Part shown: positions 47,301 to 61,241 of the stretch, piece after piece | Numbering within the stretch: position 1 is the first letter of the stretch | How the letters are laid out: each line of letters opens with the position of its first letter | Source of the DNA: Tubulanus polymorphus | Taxonomy: Eukaryota > Animalia > Nemertea | Direction of reading: 5' to 3' | Length of the DNA: 64,000 nucleotides | Assembly (NCBI RefSeq): GCF_964204645.1 | Contig: NC_134032.1 | Span: forward strand, 16,108,275 to 16,172,274 | Notes under the pieces: model-generated | What the model was told of the DNA's origin: nothing | What the model saw: only the letters and a program-made list of their open reading frames with translations | Databases searched by the model: none | Program-made: the position numbers and the translations under genes

Positions 47301-50300
47301 ACAAAGATTGAATGAAGATTCCATATTCGGATTGAAATTACATGAACAAAGTGAGGAACTTCAATTGATTCAATTCTACTTTTATAAACTTCACTTCTAA
47401 AAGTATTTTAATAAAATCGATATTGAAATATTGAGATTTCGGGAAGGTGATATTTGATTAATTGCAAATTGAGATTCAGCAACAAAGATGGAACTATCTT
47501 TTTCTTCAGAGGATTTCAATGAGAATTTGATATAATTGTGGCGACCAACATCAACTAAAAATCAAAAACTTTCAAAACTAAATGTCAGTAAGACATCTTG
47601 AAATGAGTCTTTTTGAAATTGAGATTCCACTAAGAAAACATTAGAAATAATCGCAAATCTTTTTTACAATTGAGATTTCACTAACGAACATCCAAGATTC
47701 CAGTAAGAAAACATATTTAATAATTGCAATTCCTTCGGAGATTGCGATTTTAAATAAAAAGCCATAACACCCTAATATTGATATTGATATTTTTTCAGAG
47801 ACAATTTCCTAAAGGAACTATGATATAGTAACTTTGATCACATGATTAAAACAGAGCTTGCGGAGATGATCTATATATGTAATGGTAAAAGACAAGCGTG
47901 CTCACCACTGGACCAGTAGAACTTTAGTCTAATTGACCAGTGGTTAAACAGCGCAAGATTTTATTAAATTTCTTTTATTCATCCTATATTGAGCAGTAAC
48001 TAGCATTAATTATACACCTTTAACAGAGCTTAACGGAGATGATCTTATTATATTTAAAGAGACAAGACAAGCGTGCTAACCACTGGACCAATAGAACTTT
48101 AGTCTAATTGACCAGCGATTAAACAGCGCAGGATTTTTCTAAAAATACAAAATATCACGAGCTAATCCTGTATAGAACTAGCAACGATGATACACCTTTC
48201 ACAGAGCGAACGGAGACTATTTGAACTTTGTTAACAGGATTTGGCGCAGTTTTTGTTATAAACTATTGATGACTTCTTAATATTTTCCATCATTAAAAAG
48301 TAGAATATATCATATATTGAATCAGTTATTCTACTGCAGAGCTTTCACAAAGACGATCTTTACTGGGAATTTGATATTAGATAAAAAATGGGGCCACGGA
48401 GACAGCGATTAGTTAGTGCACGTCATCGAGTGAACTAGCGTCCACTCGGACTAGTGACTAGATAGCTTATTATAGTAATAGTTACCTATATCAGTTTGAA
48501 TCTGCTAATATAATATTTTAACTAATATACAGTAAAATATAACTTACAGCGCCATCTATAACTAACATAATTATCCTTATATAGAATAGATACTAAATCT
48601 AAAATGCAACTTATTTACAAAATTGTATTTACATAAAATAAAACTAAAGCTAATGATTATAAACAATTAATAACTGACTAAGATATAATGATAAAATAGT
48701 AATTACGTATTTACATTAATAACATATATTTACAATTATTTATAATGAGTAAAGATAAGATATTCTAATAAACTATATCGAGTGAAAAGAAATTCCAGCA
48801 CAGAGCTAACAGAGACCAAGGTTTGAGGGTATTTTGTTAGCAAGATTTTGGCCGAAGGTTTTTGTTATGAGGCTAATCTACTAACAAGAGAAAAGTCATT
48901 TTAAGATCTTATCCCAAGTTATCTTATCCTAAGTAATGATTCTAAACTAGTGCGGTGCAGACACAGAACATCGTTTAACGATTTTGTGTCGTTCGGATAT
49001 ATATTTTTTTTTTACTTTCAGTTAAAAGTTATAAAGCGTTAGAAAGTTTTGAGATGAGCTTTTAAAAAAGCTTTTCGACGCCTCATTTATGTGTATTTCT
49101 ACACGTATTTGGTTTTGCGGACTCTCGGCACTCCACACTCTCTCTCTCTCTCTCTTACCCCCCAAATATAGAATGATAAATCAAACTTAGCTTTTTTGTA
49201 TTGCGACCATCATCCGGTGGAAGATCTTGGTTCAACTGATGGATCCACTTCAGCTGGATTCTGCTGGCTGTTTCCATGAACATGAGATCTACGTTGCTGC
49301 AGGATTATCTGTCGTTCTCGCGACTGTGAATTGGTTCTCATCTGTTCGTCTGATCAGCTACATTTGGAATTATTCAACTGGAAAGAAAAGAAATATTTTT
49401 GAGGCGTAAAATCTGTTCGAGCATCTTATAAATTTACATGTTAAAGGTTTAAATCCGTCCTTGTCGTTTACAATTGCAATAATTGTATTATTTGATCAGT
49501 GATTGTCAATAAACCCCCGATTGATTAGTATTAGTAGGGTTAGTTAATCACTATTTAACACAGTGATCATTAACGTAGATTTCTCTGATACAAGATCAGT
49601 TAACGTTGATTTGACACATAGAGTCCACAGAGTCTTTAAAAAGACGGATCTGAGAACCTACTGAACCTACTGAACCTACCCGACCTCGTCATTCGAGGAG
49701 TTTGGATTTTTTCGTGCAGATATACAGCTTTTTGAGGCTGTTATTTCTAGAGGATGTTTGGGAAAAGGACACGTGAGGTTTTTGATAGTTAGGAGCTCTA
49801 GCGAGGCTGGTAGCGCCACCTATTGCTCTGTCACTATCGTCTCTGCGCTCTGATTAGGAATGGATAGTTTTTTTAAAGATGGATGTGTTTGATTTGCGAG
49901 TTCTAGGCGACTGGTAGCGCCACCTATTACTCTTCACCGTCTCCGCAACTTTACCTGTTGCCCCGGAGATTAGATGAGGGATATTTGGGGTTTGTTAAGA
50001 GTTGGGAGCAATAGGAAGGCTGGTAGCGCCACCTATTATCGCTCAGGCACCATCGTCTCCGCGCACTTACCCGAAACTCTGATCAAGGTTTAATGTATTT
50101 TTAAGGGAGTTTTTGAGATCTATAGGAAGGCTGGTAGCGCCACCTATTGCTCGGACACCATCTCCGCGCACTTACCCGAAGCTCTGTTTTTACATAGTAG
50201 GAGAGTTTGAGACGCTGGTAGCGCCACCTATTGCTCAGGCTGAATGCGTGGATTCCACTGAGTATCAAATCATACACGACTAAATTGTAATCAGTGTTTA

Positions 50301-53300
50301 CAATCTCATCTTCTAATAGATGCATTTAATGTGACACAACTTTTATAAGAGGCCACAACTTTTAAACCAGTCGACTTAACATCCAAATTGAAAGAGATGT
50401 TGAACTGACTGTTTTGAAATTGAGATTCTACGAACATAGATTGATTGACTACATCTGATATCTCAATATCAATATCAATATCAAAACACTGATAGAAGTG
50501 ACACAGAAATAAGCAACAAACATTTAGAAATTCACATCTGAAGTTTCTCTCAAAGTTCATTATCACGGAAAATATCATCAGCTTTGAAATTTATGATATA
50601 CTACAGTGATTTTTCGCCAAAATGGAAAACATAATTTTCAGTTTTTCCATCAAAAAGAAAACCAAAATTTTAAGTTTTTCCATCAAAAAGAAAACCAAAA
50701 TTTTAAGTTTTTCCACCAAAAAGAAAAACACAATTTATCTCAAGTTTCAGATGAAATTGCAGACAAGCATTATTACAGCAGGTTTCATCATTGTCTGGTT
50801 TTCAGAATTCAAACTTAAAGAGCAGCAGCAGCAGCACCAAACAAACATTTATAGAAATTGCTAATAAAATTGAGAAATACTTTCAGATTTGAACTGATGA
50901 CATCAAAATGTTATCATCATTTTTGAAGATATAATTGATCTTCATAGAAAAAGATTGAAATTCACAACAATTACAATGATTATGCAAATGAGAGTGGAGA
51001 GAGTGCCACAAATGAATCGGGACTTTCATCTAATACGAGCACGCTGAAAATAGAAACATGTGTTAAATTGAATGAGGCAAACCATTATGTATAAGACATG
51101 AATGAGTCTGCGGTGGTCATTGAAATATGACCGGATAAAACTGACGTTTAGAAATAAAGAAATTGTAAATTTGTACTCGGAGAAGTCCCAAAACGACACC
51201 TCACCACTCATTATTTCTCACTCTTAACCGGTGTCAGTAATAAAACTCTACACAAAAACATAAACATGAATTTAAAATATGAACTTGAAATAAGTGCCAC
51301 TGAATGTATGAAGGACTTGTGTCTATTACGAGTACAAACAAACAAATGAACAGAATATGTGTTTAATTGGAATAAAAGTAAACCATTTATGCACAGAATT
51401 ACGTTACATGACATAAAATAATTACCACATAAATTAGTTCACAGTAGTAGCCTTGAATTAGACCTGATTGAAATGATAAATCATTAGAATTGTACTCGGA
51501 GAAGTCCTGTATTTATTTCCAAAACGACACTGCAGTTTTCTAGTTCCTAATCTTTCTATAGACACCGGCATCACTGATAAACTTATATTAGGCTAAATTT
51601 GAAGTAAAGTTTAAAAGCGTCAAAGCTTTTACTCGCAATCACTTTTATTTTCAGTAATTTCTATTTTTGATTGTTTGGTGCAAATTTAATCAATTAGAAT
51701 ATTTGAAATGACCGGACGTTGTTTATTTCACACTGAAACCTGTTGTAAGTTGCTCATACAATGTACAAATACATTACTTCAATTATTATCACACATAAAT
51801 ATAGATATCTATTGTAAATCAAATAGAATTGATTTATGATATTTATCAGTTCGTACGTTAAGTATTCTGTTTGATTCTTCAATTGACAAACAGTATTCTA
51901 TTATTAGACATCGGAATACTCGCAACCGATGAACAAAATGAAAAATTTCGATTGATTGAGAATCCCTTTCAAAATTGAGATTTCATAAACAAACATTCTC
52001 GAGATTTCAGTAAGAATCCATTTGAAATATCGTAATTTTCAGGCACCTGATTTACGTGAACAAAGTGAGGAACTTCAATAGATTCAATTCAAATTTTATA
52101 AACTTCACTTCTAAAAGTATTCTAACAAAATATTGAAATATCGAGATATCATCAGTAAGATGGTATTTGATCGATCGCGAATCCTTTTCAAAATTGAGAT
52201 TTCAATAACAAATTTGAAATATTATCGATATTTTTGAGATTTCAAATATAAAGACAGAACAGCCCGAGATTGATACGTATTTCTTTATAGAGACGTCTTT
52301 TTAAAGGAATCATGATAGAACTATGATCACATGATTAAAACAGAGTTTGCGGAGATGATCTATTTATGTACAGTCACAAGACAGCATGCTTACCACTGAC
52401 CAATAGAACTTAAGTCTAATTGGTCAGTGGTTAAACAGTGCAGGATTTGCTGATACAAAATATGACCAGCTTTTATTCATCCTATATTGAGCAGTAACTA
52501 GCATTAATTATACACATTAAGCAGAGCTTGCGGAGATTATCTTATTATATTTTAAGACACAAGACAAGCGTGCTCACCACTGGACCAATAGAACTTTAGT
52601 CTAATTGACCAGTGGTTAAACAGCGTGAGATTTTTCTAAAAATACAAAATATCACGAGCTAATCCTGTATAGAACTAGTAACGATGATACACCTTTCACA
52701 GAGCGAACGGAGACTATTTGAACTTTGTTAACAGGATTTGGCGCAGTTTTTGTTATTAACTATTGATGACTTAATATTTTCCTAACATTGTAAAGTAGGA
52801 TATCCTACATTGAGTGAGTTTCAAGAATTTTGGGGCCACGGAGACAGCGATTAGTTAGTGCTAGTCCAAGTGAACTAGTGTCCACTCAGACTAGTGACTA
52901 GATAGCTTATAATAGTAATAGTTACCTATATCAGTTTGACTCTGCTAATATTGTAACTAAAGCACAATTTACAGTCTATTTTCAGATGAGAAAAGCTTGT
53001 TAACTATTAAACCTAATGAACTAATCAACTAGGATAAAATATTCACTTTCTAACAGTAATATATTAACTAACATGATTATCCTATATTAAATAGATATTA
53101 AATTCAAAACAACTTTTTACACAACTGTTTTAAATACAACTGATTCAACACTTAGTGCTATATCGAGTAAAGATATTCTAATACGCTATATCGAGTAAAG
53201 ATATTCTAACACGCTATATCGAGTGAAAAGAAATTCCAGCACAGAGCTAACAGAGACCAAGGTTTGAGGGTATTTTGTTAGCAAGATTTTGGCCCCAGGT

Positions 53301-55171
53301 TTTTGTTATGAAGCTAATCTACTAACAAGAGAAAAGTCATTTTAAGATCTTATCCCAAGTTATCTTATCTTTAGTTATCTTATCCTAAGTAACTTTTCTA
53401 AACTAGTGCGGTGCAGACACAGAACATCGTTTAACGATTTTGTGTCGTTCGGATATATATTTTTTTTTACTTTCAGTTAAAAGTTATAAAGCGTTAGAAA
53501 GTTTTGAGATGAGCTTTTAAAAAAGCTTTTCGACGCCTCATTTATGTGTATTTCTACACGTATTTGGTTTTGCGGACTCTCGGCACTCCACACTCTCTCT
53601 CTCTCTCTTACCCCCCAAATATAGGATGATAAATCAAACTTAGCTTTTTTGTATTGCGACCATCATCCGGTGGAAGATCTTGGTTCAACTGATGGATTCA
53701 CTTCAGCTGGATTCTGCTGGCTGTTTCCATGAACGTGAGATCTACGTTGCTGCAGGATTATCTGTCGTTCTCGCGACTGTGAATTGCTTCTCATCTATTC
53801 GTCCGATCAGCTACATTTGGAAATATTCAACTGGAAGTAAATGATATTTTTGAGGCGTACAATCTGTTCGAACATCTTACAATTTTACATGTTAAATATT
53901 AAAATCAGTCTCGGTCGTTTACAATTGTAATAATTGTATTATTTGATCAGTGATTGTCAATAAACCCCCGATTGATTAGTATTAGTGGCGTTAGTTAATC
54001 ACTATTTAACACAGTGATCATTAACGTAGATTTTTCTGATACAAGATCAGTTAACGTTGATTTGACACATAGAGTCCACAGAGTCTTTAAAAAGACGGAT
54101 CTGAGAACCTACTGAACCTACTGAACCTACCCGACCTCGTCATTCGAGGAGTTTGGATTTTTTCGTGCAGATATACAGCTTTTTGAGGCTGTTATTTCTA
54201 GAGGATGTTTGGGAAAAGGACACGTAAGGTTTTTGATAGTTAGGAGCTCTAGCGAGGCTGGTAGCGCCACCTATTGCTCTGTCACTATCGTCTCTGCGCT
54301 CTGATTAGGAATGGATAGTTTTTTTAAAGATGGATGTGTTTGATTTGCGAGTTCTAGGTGACTGGTAGCGCCACCTATTACTCTTCGCCGTCTCCGCAAC
54401 TTTACCTGTTGCCCCGGAGATGATTAGATGAGGGATATTTGGGGTTTGTTAAGAATTGGGAGCTATAGGAAGGCTGGTAGCGCCACCTATTATCACTCAG
54501 GCACCATCGTCTCCGCCCACTTACCCGAAACTCTGATCAAGGTTTAATGTATTTTTAGGGGAGTTTTTGAGATCTATAGGAAGGCTGGTAGCGCCACCTA
54601 TTGCTCGGACACCATCTCCGCGCACTTACCCGAAGCTCTTTTTTTACATAGTAGGAGAGTTTGAGACGCTGGTAGCGCCACCTATTGCTCAGGCTGAATG
54701 CGTGGATTCCACTGAGTATCAAATCATACACGACTAAATTGTTATCAGTGTCTACAATCTCATCTTCTAATAGATGCATTTAATGTGACAACTTTTATAA
54801 GAGGCCACAACTTTTAAACCAGTCGACTTAACATCCAAATTGAAAGAGATATTGAACTGACTGTTTTGAAATTGAGATTCTACGAACATAGATTGATTGA
54901 CTACATCTGATATCTCAATATCAATATCAATATCAAAACACTGATAGAAGTGACACAGAAATTAGCAACAAACATTTAGAAATTCACATCTGAAGTTTCT
55001 CTCAAAGTTCATTATCACGGAAAATATCATCAGCTTTGAAATTTATGATAAACTACAGAGATTTTCCATCAAAAAGGAAAACACAATTTATCTCAAGTTT
55101 CAGATGAAATTGCAGACAAAGCATTATTACAGCAGGTTTCATCGTTGTCTGGTTTTCAGAATTCAAACTTA

Positions 55172-55202
<31 letters not shown>

Positions 55203-57846
55203 CCAAACAAACATTTATAGAAATTGCTAATAAAATTGAGAAATACTTTCAGATTTGAACTGATGACATCAAAATGTTATTATCATTTTGAAAGAAATAA
55301 TTGATCTTCATAGAAAAAGATTGAAATTCACAACAATTACAATGATTATGCAAATGAGAGTGGAGAGAGTGCCACAAATGAATCGGGACTTTCATCTAAT
55401 ACGAGCACGCTGAAAATAGAAACATGTGTTAAATTGAATGAGGCAAACCATTATGTATAAGACATGAATGAGTCTGCGGTGGTCATTGAAATTTGACCGG
55501 TTAAAACTGACGTTTAGAAATAAAGAAATTGCAAATTTGTACTCGGAGAAGTCCCAAAACGACACCTCACCACTCATTATTTCTCACTCTAAACCGGTGT
55601 CAGTAATAAAACTATACACAACATCAAATTAATTATATCGATGAATTCTGAAATATACCTTAAAATTGTAACTATATTTAGAAATAGTGCCACTGAATGT
55701 ATTTAAGGACTTCAGTCTAATACGAGTACAAACAAACAAACAAACAAATGAACAGAATATGTTTAATATCTGAACAAAGTAAAATTGAATAAAAGCAAAC
55801 CATTTATACAAAACAAAGTTACTACATAAATGAGTTCACACAAGTGGTCATTAAATCAGACCTGATTGAAACTGATAAATCATTAGAATTGTACTCGGAG
55901 AAGTCCTGCATTTATTTCCAAAACGGCACTTAGTTTTCTAATTGATTCCTAATCTTTCTATAGACACCGGTATCACTGATAAACTTATATTATTTGAAGT
56001 AAAGTTTCAAAGCGTCAAAGCTTTTACTCGTAATCACTTTTATTTTCAGTAATTTCTATTTTTGATTGTTTGGTGCAAATTTAATCAATTAGAATATTTG
56101 AAATGACCGGACGTTGTTTATTTCACACTGAAACCTGTTGTAAGTTGCTCATACAATGTACAAATACATTACTTCAATTATTATCACACATCAATATAGA
56201 TATCTATTGTAAATCAAATAGAATTGATTTATGATATTTATCAGTTCGTACGTTAAGTATTCTGTTTGATTCTTCAATTGACAAACAGTATTCTATTATT
56301 AGACATCGGAATACTCGCAACCGATGAACAAAATGAAGAAATTCGATTGATTGAGAATCCCTTTCAAAATTGAGATTTCATAAACAAACGTTCTCAAGAT
56401 TTCAGTAAGAATCCATTTGAAATATTGTAATTTTCAGGCACCGGATTTACGTGAACAAAGTGAGGAACTTCAATTGATTCAATTCAAATTTTATAAACTT
56501 CACTTCTAAAAGTACTTTAATAAAATATTGAAATATCGAGATATCACCAGTAACTTGATATTTGATTGTTCGCGAATTCTTTTCAAAATTGAGATTTCAA
56601 TAACAAATTTGAAATATTATCGATATTTTTGAGATTGAGATTTCAAATATAAAGACAGATTCATATGTATTTTATAAAGCCGTCTTTTTAAAGGAATCAT
56701 GATAGAACTTTGATTAAAGGATTAAAACACAGAGTTTGCAGAGATGATCTATTTATGTACAGTCACGAGACAGCGTGTTTAACACTGGACCAGTAGAACT
56801 TTAGTCTAATTGGTCAGTGGTTAAACAGCGCAGGATTTTTCTAAAAACACAAAATATCACGAGCTAATTCTGTATAGAACTAGTAACGATGATACACCTT
56901 AAACAGAGCGAACGGAGACTATTTGAACTTTGTTAACAGGATTTGGCGCAGGTTTTTGTTATAAACTATTGATGACTTAATGTTTTGCTAACATTGTAAA
57001 GTAGAATATCCTACATTGAGTGAGTTTCAAGAATTTGGGGGCTACGGAGACAGCGATTAGTTAGTGCACGTCATTGAGTGAACTAGCGCCCACTCGGACT
57101 AGTGACTAGATAGCTTATAATAGTAATAGTTACCTATATCAGTTTGAATCTGCTAATATTATAACTAAAACACAATTTACAGTCTATATTCAGATGAGAA
57201 AAGCGTGTTAACTATCAAACCTAGTGAACTAATCAACTAGGATAAAATATTCACTTTCTAACAGTAATATATTAACTAACATGATTATCCTATATTAAAT
57301 AGATATTAAATTCAAAACAACTTTTTACACAACTGTTTTAAATACAACTGATTCAACACTTAGTGCTATATCGAGTAAAGATATTCTAACACGCTATATT
57401 GAGTGAAAAGAAATTCCAGCACAGAGCTAACAGAGACCAAGGTTTGAGGGTATTTTGTTAGCAAGATTTTGGCCGAAGGTTTTTGTTATGAAGCTAATCT
57501 ACTAACAAGAGAAAAGTCATTTTAAGATCTTATCCCAAGTTATCTTATCTTAAGTAATCTTATCCTAAGTAACTATTGTAAACTAGTGCGGTGCAGACAC
57601 AGAACATCGTTTAACGATTTTGTGTCATTTGGATATTCTTTTTTTCACTTTCAGTTAAAAGTTATAAAGCGTTAGAAAGTTTTGAGATGAGCTTTTAAAA
57701 AAGCTTTTCGACGCCTCATTTATGTGTATTTCTACACGTTTTTTGGTTTTGCGGACTCTCAGCACTCCACACTCTCTCTCTCTCTTACCCCCCAAATACA
57801 GGATGATAAATCAAACTTAGCTTTTTGTATTGCGACCATCATCCGG
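44335..57846. repeat. Tandem macro-repeat: three AT-rich units (~44335-49410, 49411-53861, 53862-57846)
   Basis: The landmark ATCTGTTCGA recurs at ~44335, 49411, 53862. Long shared blocks in all units, for example GTCAATAAACCCCCGATTGATTAGTATTAG and GTACTCGGAGAAGTCCCAAAACGACACCTCACC. No credible ORF. Confidence 0.92.
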
Positions 57847-58472
57847 TTGAGGATAGTGTCAGTAGTTCATCTTCTAGAGTTCCAGGTCACATTGTGTCGA
57901 CTGCTCAGTTTGTCTTGCATCCGATGGATAATTTCGACGGTCTCCATGAAAAACATTTCTTACTTTCTGCAGCTGGAAATATAAGAAAATTGTGATAAGT
58001 TTCTTGGAATGAAAACGATAAACATGAAACAAACAAAACATGAATTAATACAACACGAAAAATGACAATTTATGAAAATGATTCTATGAAACTATTTGCA
58101 AAATATACACCCTACAACTCGATGGAATATCACTACATGGGACATAAACCATTAACTTAATTTTGAAATGAAATTCTCACCATTAAAAGGTTAGAAACGG
58201 ATGTTCTTGTCTGGCTGAATTCAGCGGCCGGAGGAGTGTCAGTAGTACAGTCGGTATACAGATAGCGCTCGGTGGTGGTTCAGACACCAGTGCGTCACAA
58301 TGACCCGGCGCAAAATGCTCTTAATAGAACCTATCGATGCGTTAACGGAATATATCGGGAGGCCAACAGGTTTAGCACGCATTCCTACCTCGACCAATCA
58401 GCTGATCAGAAAGAACATCGTCCTTGATTAGATTCATCGCAAAGGTCGAGTTTGACTTAACCGCCGCCGCCG

Positions 58473-58646
58473 CCAGTGCAGCATCCTCGCTTGCCAGGGG
58501 TGCGATATCTCGCTCCCCGAACTCGATTCGGCTTTAGTTTTAATTTTTCCACCCATCAAGAGATTCGAACTTACAGCGCTAGAGCTGCTGGTGGAAGCGA
58601 GTTCGTGGAGCGATACCGGACCCCTGGCAAGCGAGGATGTAACTGG
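58473..58646. mobile_element. ~170-bp GC-rich MITE
   Basis: CATCCTCGCTTGCCAGGGG...CGCTCC / GGAGCG...CCCCTGGCAAGCGAGGATG inverted termini. Confidence 0.7.
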
Positions 58647-59906
58647 TGAGGTCCGGTGTTTATTCCAATGGAGCGCCGGCACCGGTCGGGTAGACTGATT
58701 ACCGGTCTCTATCTTCATGGGACAGGCAACCAGTCTACACCGGAGCAGAACGTTTCATATTGATACAGCGTTTTAATCTATCGGTATTACTTCATTACAT
58801 ATAAACGCGGGAATATGATTGAGTTTATAGCTCCGGGTTTTAAGCTAAAATCCAGTCTATAAAACTAGGCCAAGGTTTTTATCCCTGATCTTTTACAAAT
58901 TTATTCAATATCCATCAGTGTCAATGATGCCTAGTTCTGTTTAGTCTCGGTGATCTGTTCTGTGTCCCTTTTCAGCTCTCTCCCCATTCCCGATAGAATA
59001 TAAACTATCTCTTCCTCTCTCTCCTCGATTAACAGATCTTCCTTTACAAATTTATTCAATATCCATCCATTTCCGTCCTGTTGTCTGCTCTCATCACTAG
59101 GTAAACAAACTAATCGCGCGCAGTAGCAACAAAAGACTCGATTTCTTCGTGTATTATGCGGAATTTTGCAATAACCTTCTCAAACAGGAAGTAGTGAATA
59201 CACCGCAAGCAGACGATTTGGTGGAATAAATCATTGAATCTGACTTCCATTTCAGCTGTGTTACCAGGACAGAGATAACTCTGACTCCCATTTCAGCCGT
59301 GTTACCAGGACAGAAATATAACCCTGACTCCAGATTTTAGCGTATCACAGACTGCTGTTATCAGGACAGCAGTCTGATGACCTTATTTAATCTCAGCCTT
59401 GTTTCAGGATAGAGTAATCTTCTGAATCTTCTCTTGTGGAAGTCGTCATCCACCCACGCACCTACGGGCCCACGCACCCACGGGCCCACGCGTCATAGAA
59501 TCCGTTCAGATTTATATTTAGAAACAACGAACTTTCAGTTTGAAATCTTAATTAGCTCCCGATAGAGACAGCTAGCTGTGAACAGGAATCGGGACAGCGA
59601 AGGAAGGAATAAGTCTATTAATTATCAACTTATCACAGAGAAATTTAGGTGTGTCACATCGAAACACGCTGGTACCGAGACGGGAACCAATCAAAACACA
59701 GCATGGGAGTCGCAGCAGCAGCAGCAGCATCTGCGGGGAGGGAGTGTTACCGAGTAACACAGCTTCCACGCGACCTCATCTCACAACTGCCGAGTTTTAG
59801 TAATTACCGCAATACGCAGAGAAAACCGAGACGGAGATCATCAGGACACTTTCTAGAATATAGCGAATTATTTGAAGATCACTCAGGTTTATTTCAATTT
59901 CTGAAG

Positions 59907-59978
59907 ATGCAGTTATCAATGATGGAATTACGTTATTATTCAGCGTTGATTTGTGCGGCGGCTTTTCTTACGTTTGCG
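59907..59978 (+). CDS. Probable first coding exon (signal-peptide-like) of a gene continuing downstream
   Basis: MQLSMMELRYYSALICAAAFLTFA followed by a strong phase-0 donor GCG|GTAAGC and preceded by a UTR-like (GCA)n tract. No downstream exon identified. Confidence 0.4.
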
Positions 59979-61241
59979 GTAAGCGTTTTTTCTTTGTCAA
60001 TGAAACGTTTCGATATTATATGCATTACTAAATGTATTACATATATTTTTTGCCTTACTTTCTGTCCTAATAAACTAAAGAAGATAAACTATTAGATTGC
60101 AAACAACATTAAAGATAATGTGTTCGCGAAGAGGTTAGAACTTGAAATAAGTCGCGAATAAAGAATAAAGCTACAATATGATTATTTCTATATAAAAAAG
60201 GAGTTTTCTCATAAATAGAATATCGGTTTTCACTATATATCGATGTAATTATAATCCAAACTCAAAATGTCATCCTAGGACCTCAGTATTGTGTTATGTA
60301 TTCCTGTCAAATCTATCTTTACGAAATAAAACTTCTATTAATAGTAAAAAAAGAATAAAGCGGCCACGGGTAGAATATATACCGAACACTTACCGAAATA
60401 TCGTGACACGTTAAATGTATTGTTAGTTCCTCGTCAAGTTTAACTGATCAGACACCAGGGGGGCGGTATCATAAACATAGATTAGTATACCATGGAAATG
60501 GTTGGAGTGTAAATAAATCGTAATCGTAATCGTAAAAAAAAAATTAGTTTCAGACTTTAATCCGGGGGTTATAACTCCGGATTAATTGTTTGATTCCGGT
60601 CCATAAAACTGGGCCCTCCAAAAAAGTCATAAGTAGCGGAATATATTTTCTGGGAAAGCTATGAAATTTCGTCTGGAGAAAAAAACAATTTCACAGACAG
60701 AAGGCTATAAACAATCATGCGTATCAGTTTATATGTATATACATATTTATACATATATTGGATTCTATAAAATTGGAAATTTGCAAACATTTTGCCGGGT
60801 GCTTCTGCAGGTCACGTGATATACTCAAGTAGTGGTGACGTCACACGCCGTATGCCGTATTGTGTGCCTCCACCCAGACAGCTACAGAATGTCATCAGAA
60901 TTTATAAACTATATCAAACACTATGTGTGATATTGGTACTGCATGAAATAGCGTGACAAACGAATATCAAATATAGAATATCAGATATATCGAAAAACAA
61001 ATAAACCACAAATGAATTATTGAAAGGGGTGGATGGATGGCTTCACAACTGGATAGTGAGTTATCGATAGTGGGTATGGGTGGGTGGCTTTACAACTGGG
61101 CAGTAGTTGGGGTGGTTCTACTACTGGGGAAGGGAGGGAAGGGGGTTCCACACTCTCGCATCTCTTACAGGCTATTAGCACTCTTTCTAGAAGTATTATC
61201 ACTTTTATTGTGTGTATATCGGTTACACTGGATACAATCAG

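Noticed and set aside
55260-55300. Additional hammerhead candidates (CTGATGA...GAAA here and at ~63265-63330)
   Set aside because: Stems I-III cannot be formed in the canonical register.
46503-55811. Duplicated short ORFs in the macro-repeat (e.g. 50101-50325 / 54555-54779)
   Set aside because: No recognisable domain, not preserved in all units, and indels ignore frame.
58434-58718. 94-aa GC-rich minus-strand ORF
   Set aside because: It spans a palindromic MITE and a second small repeat.
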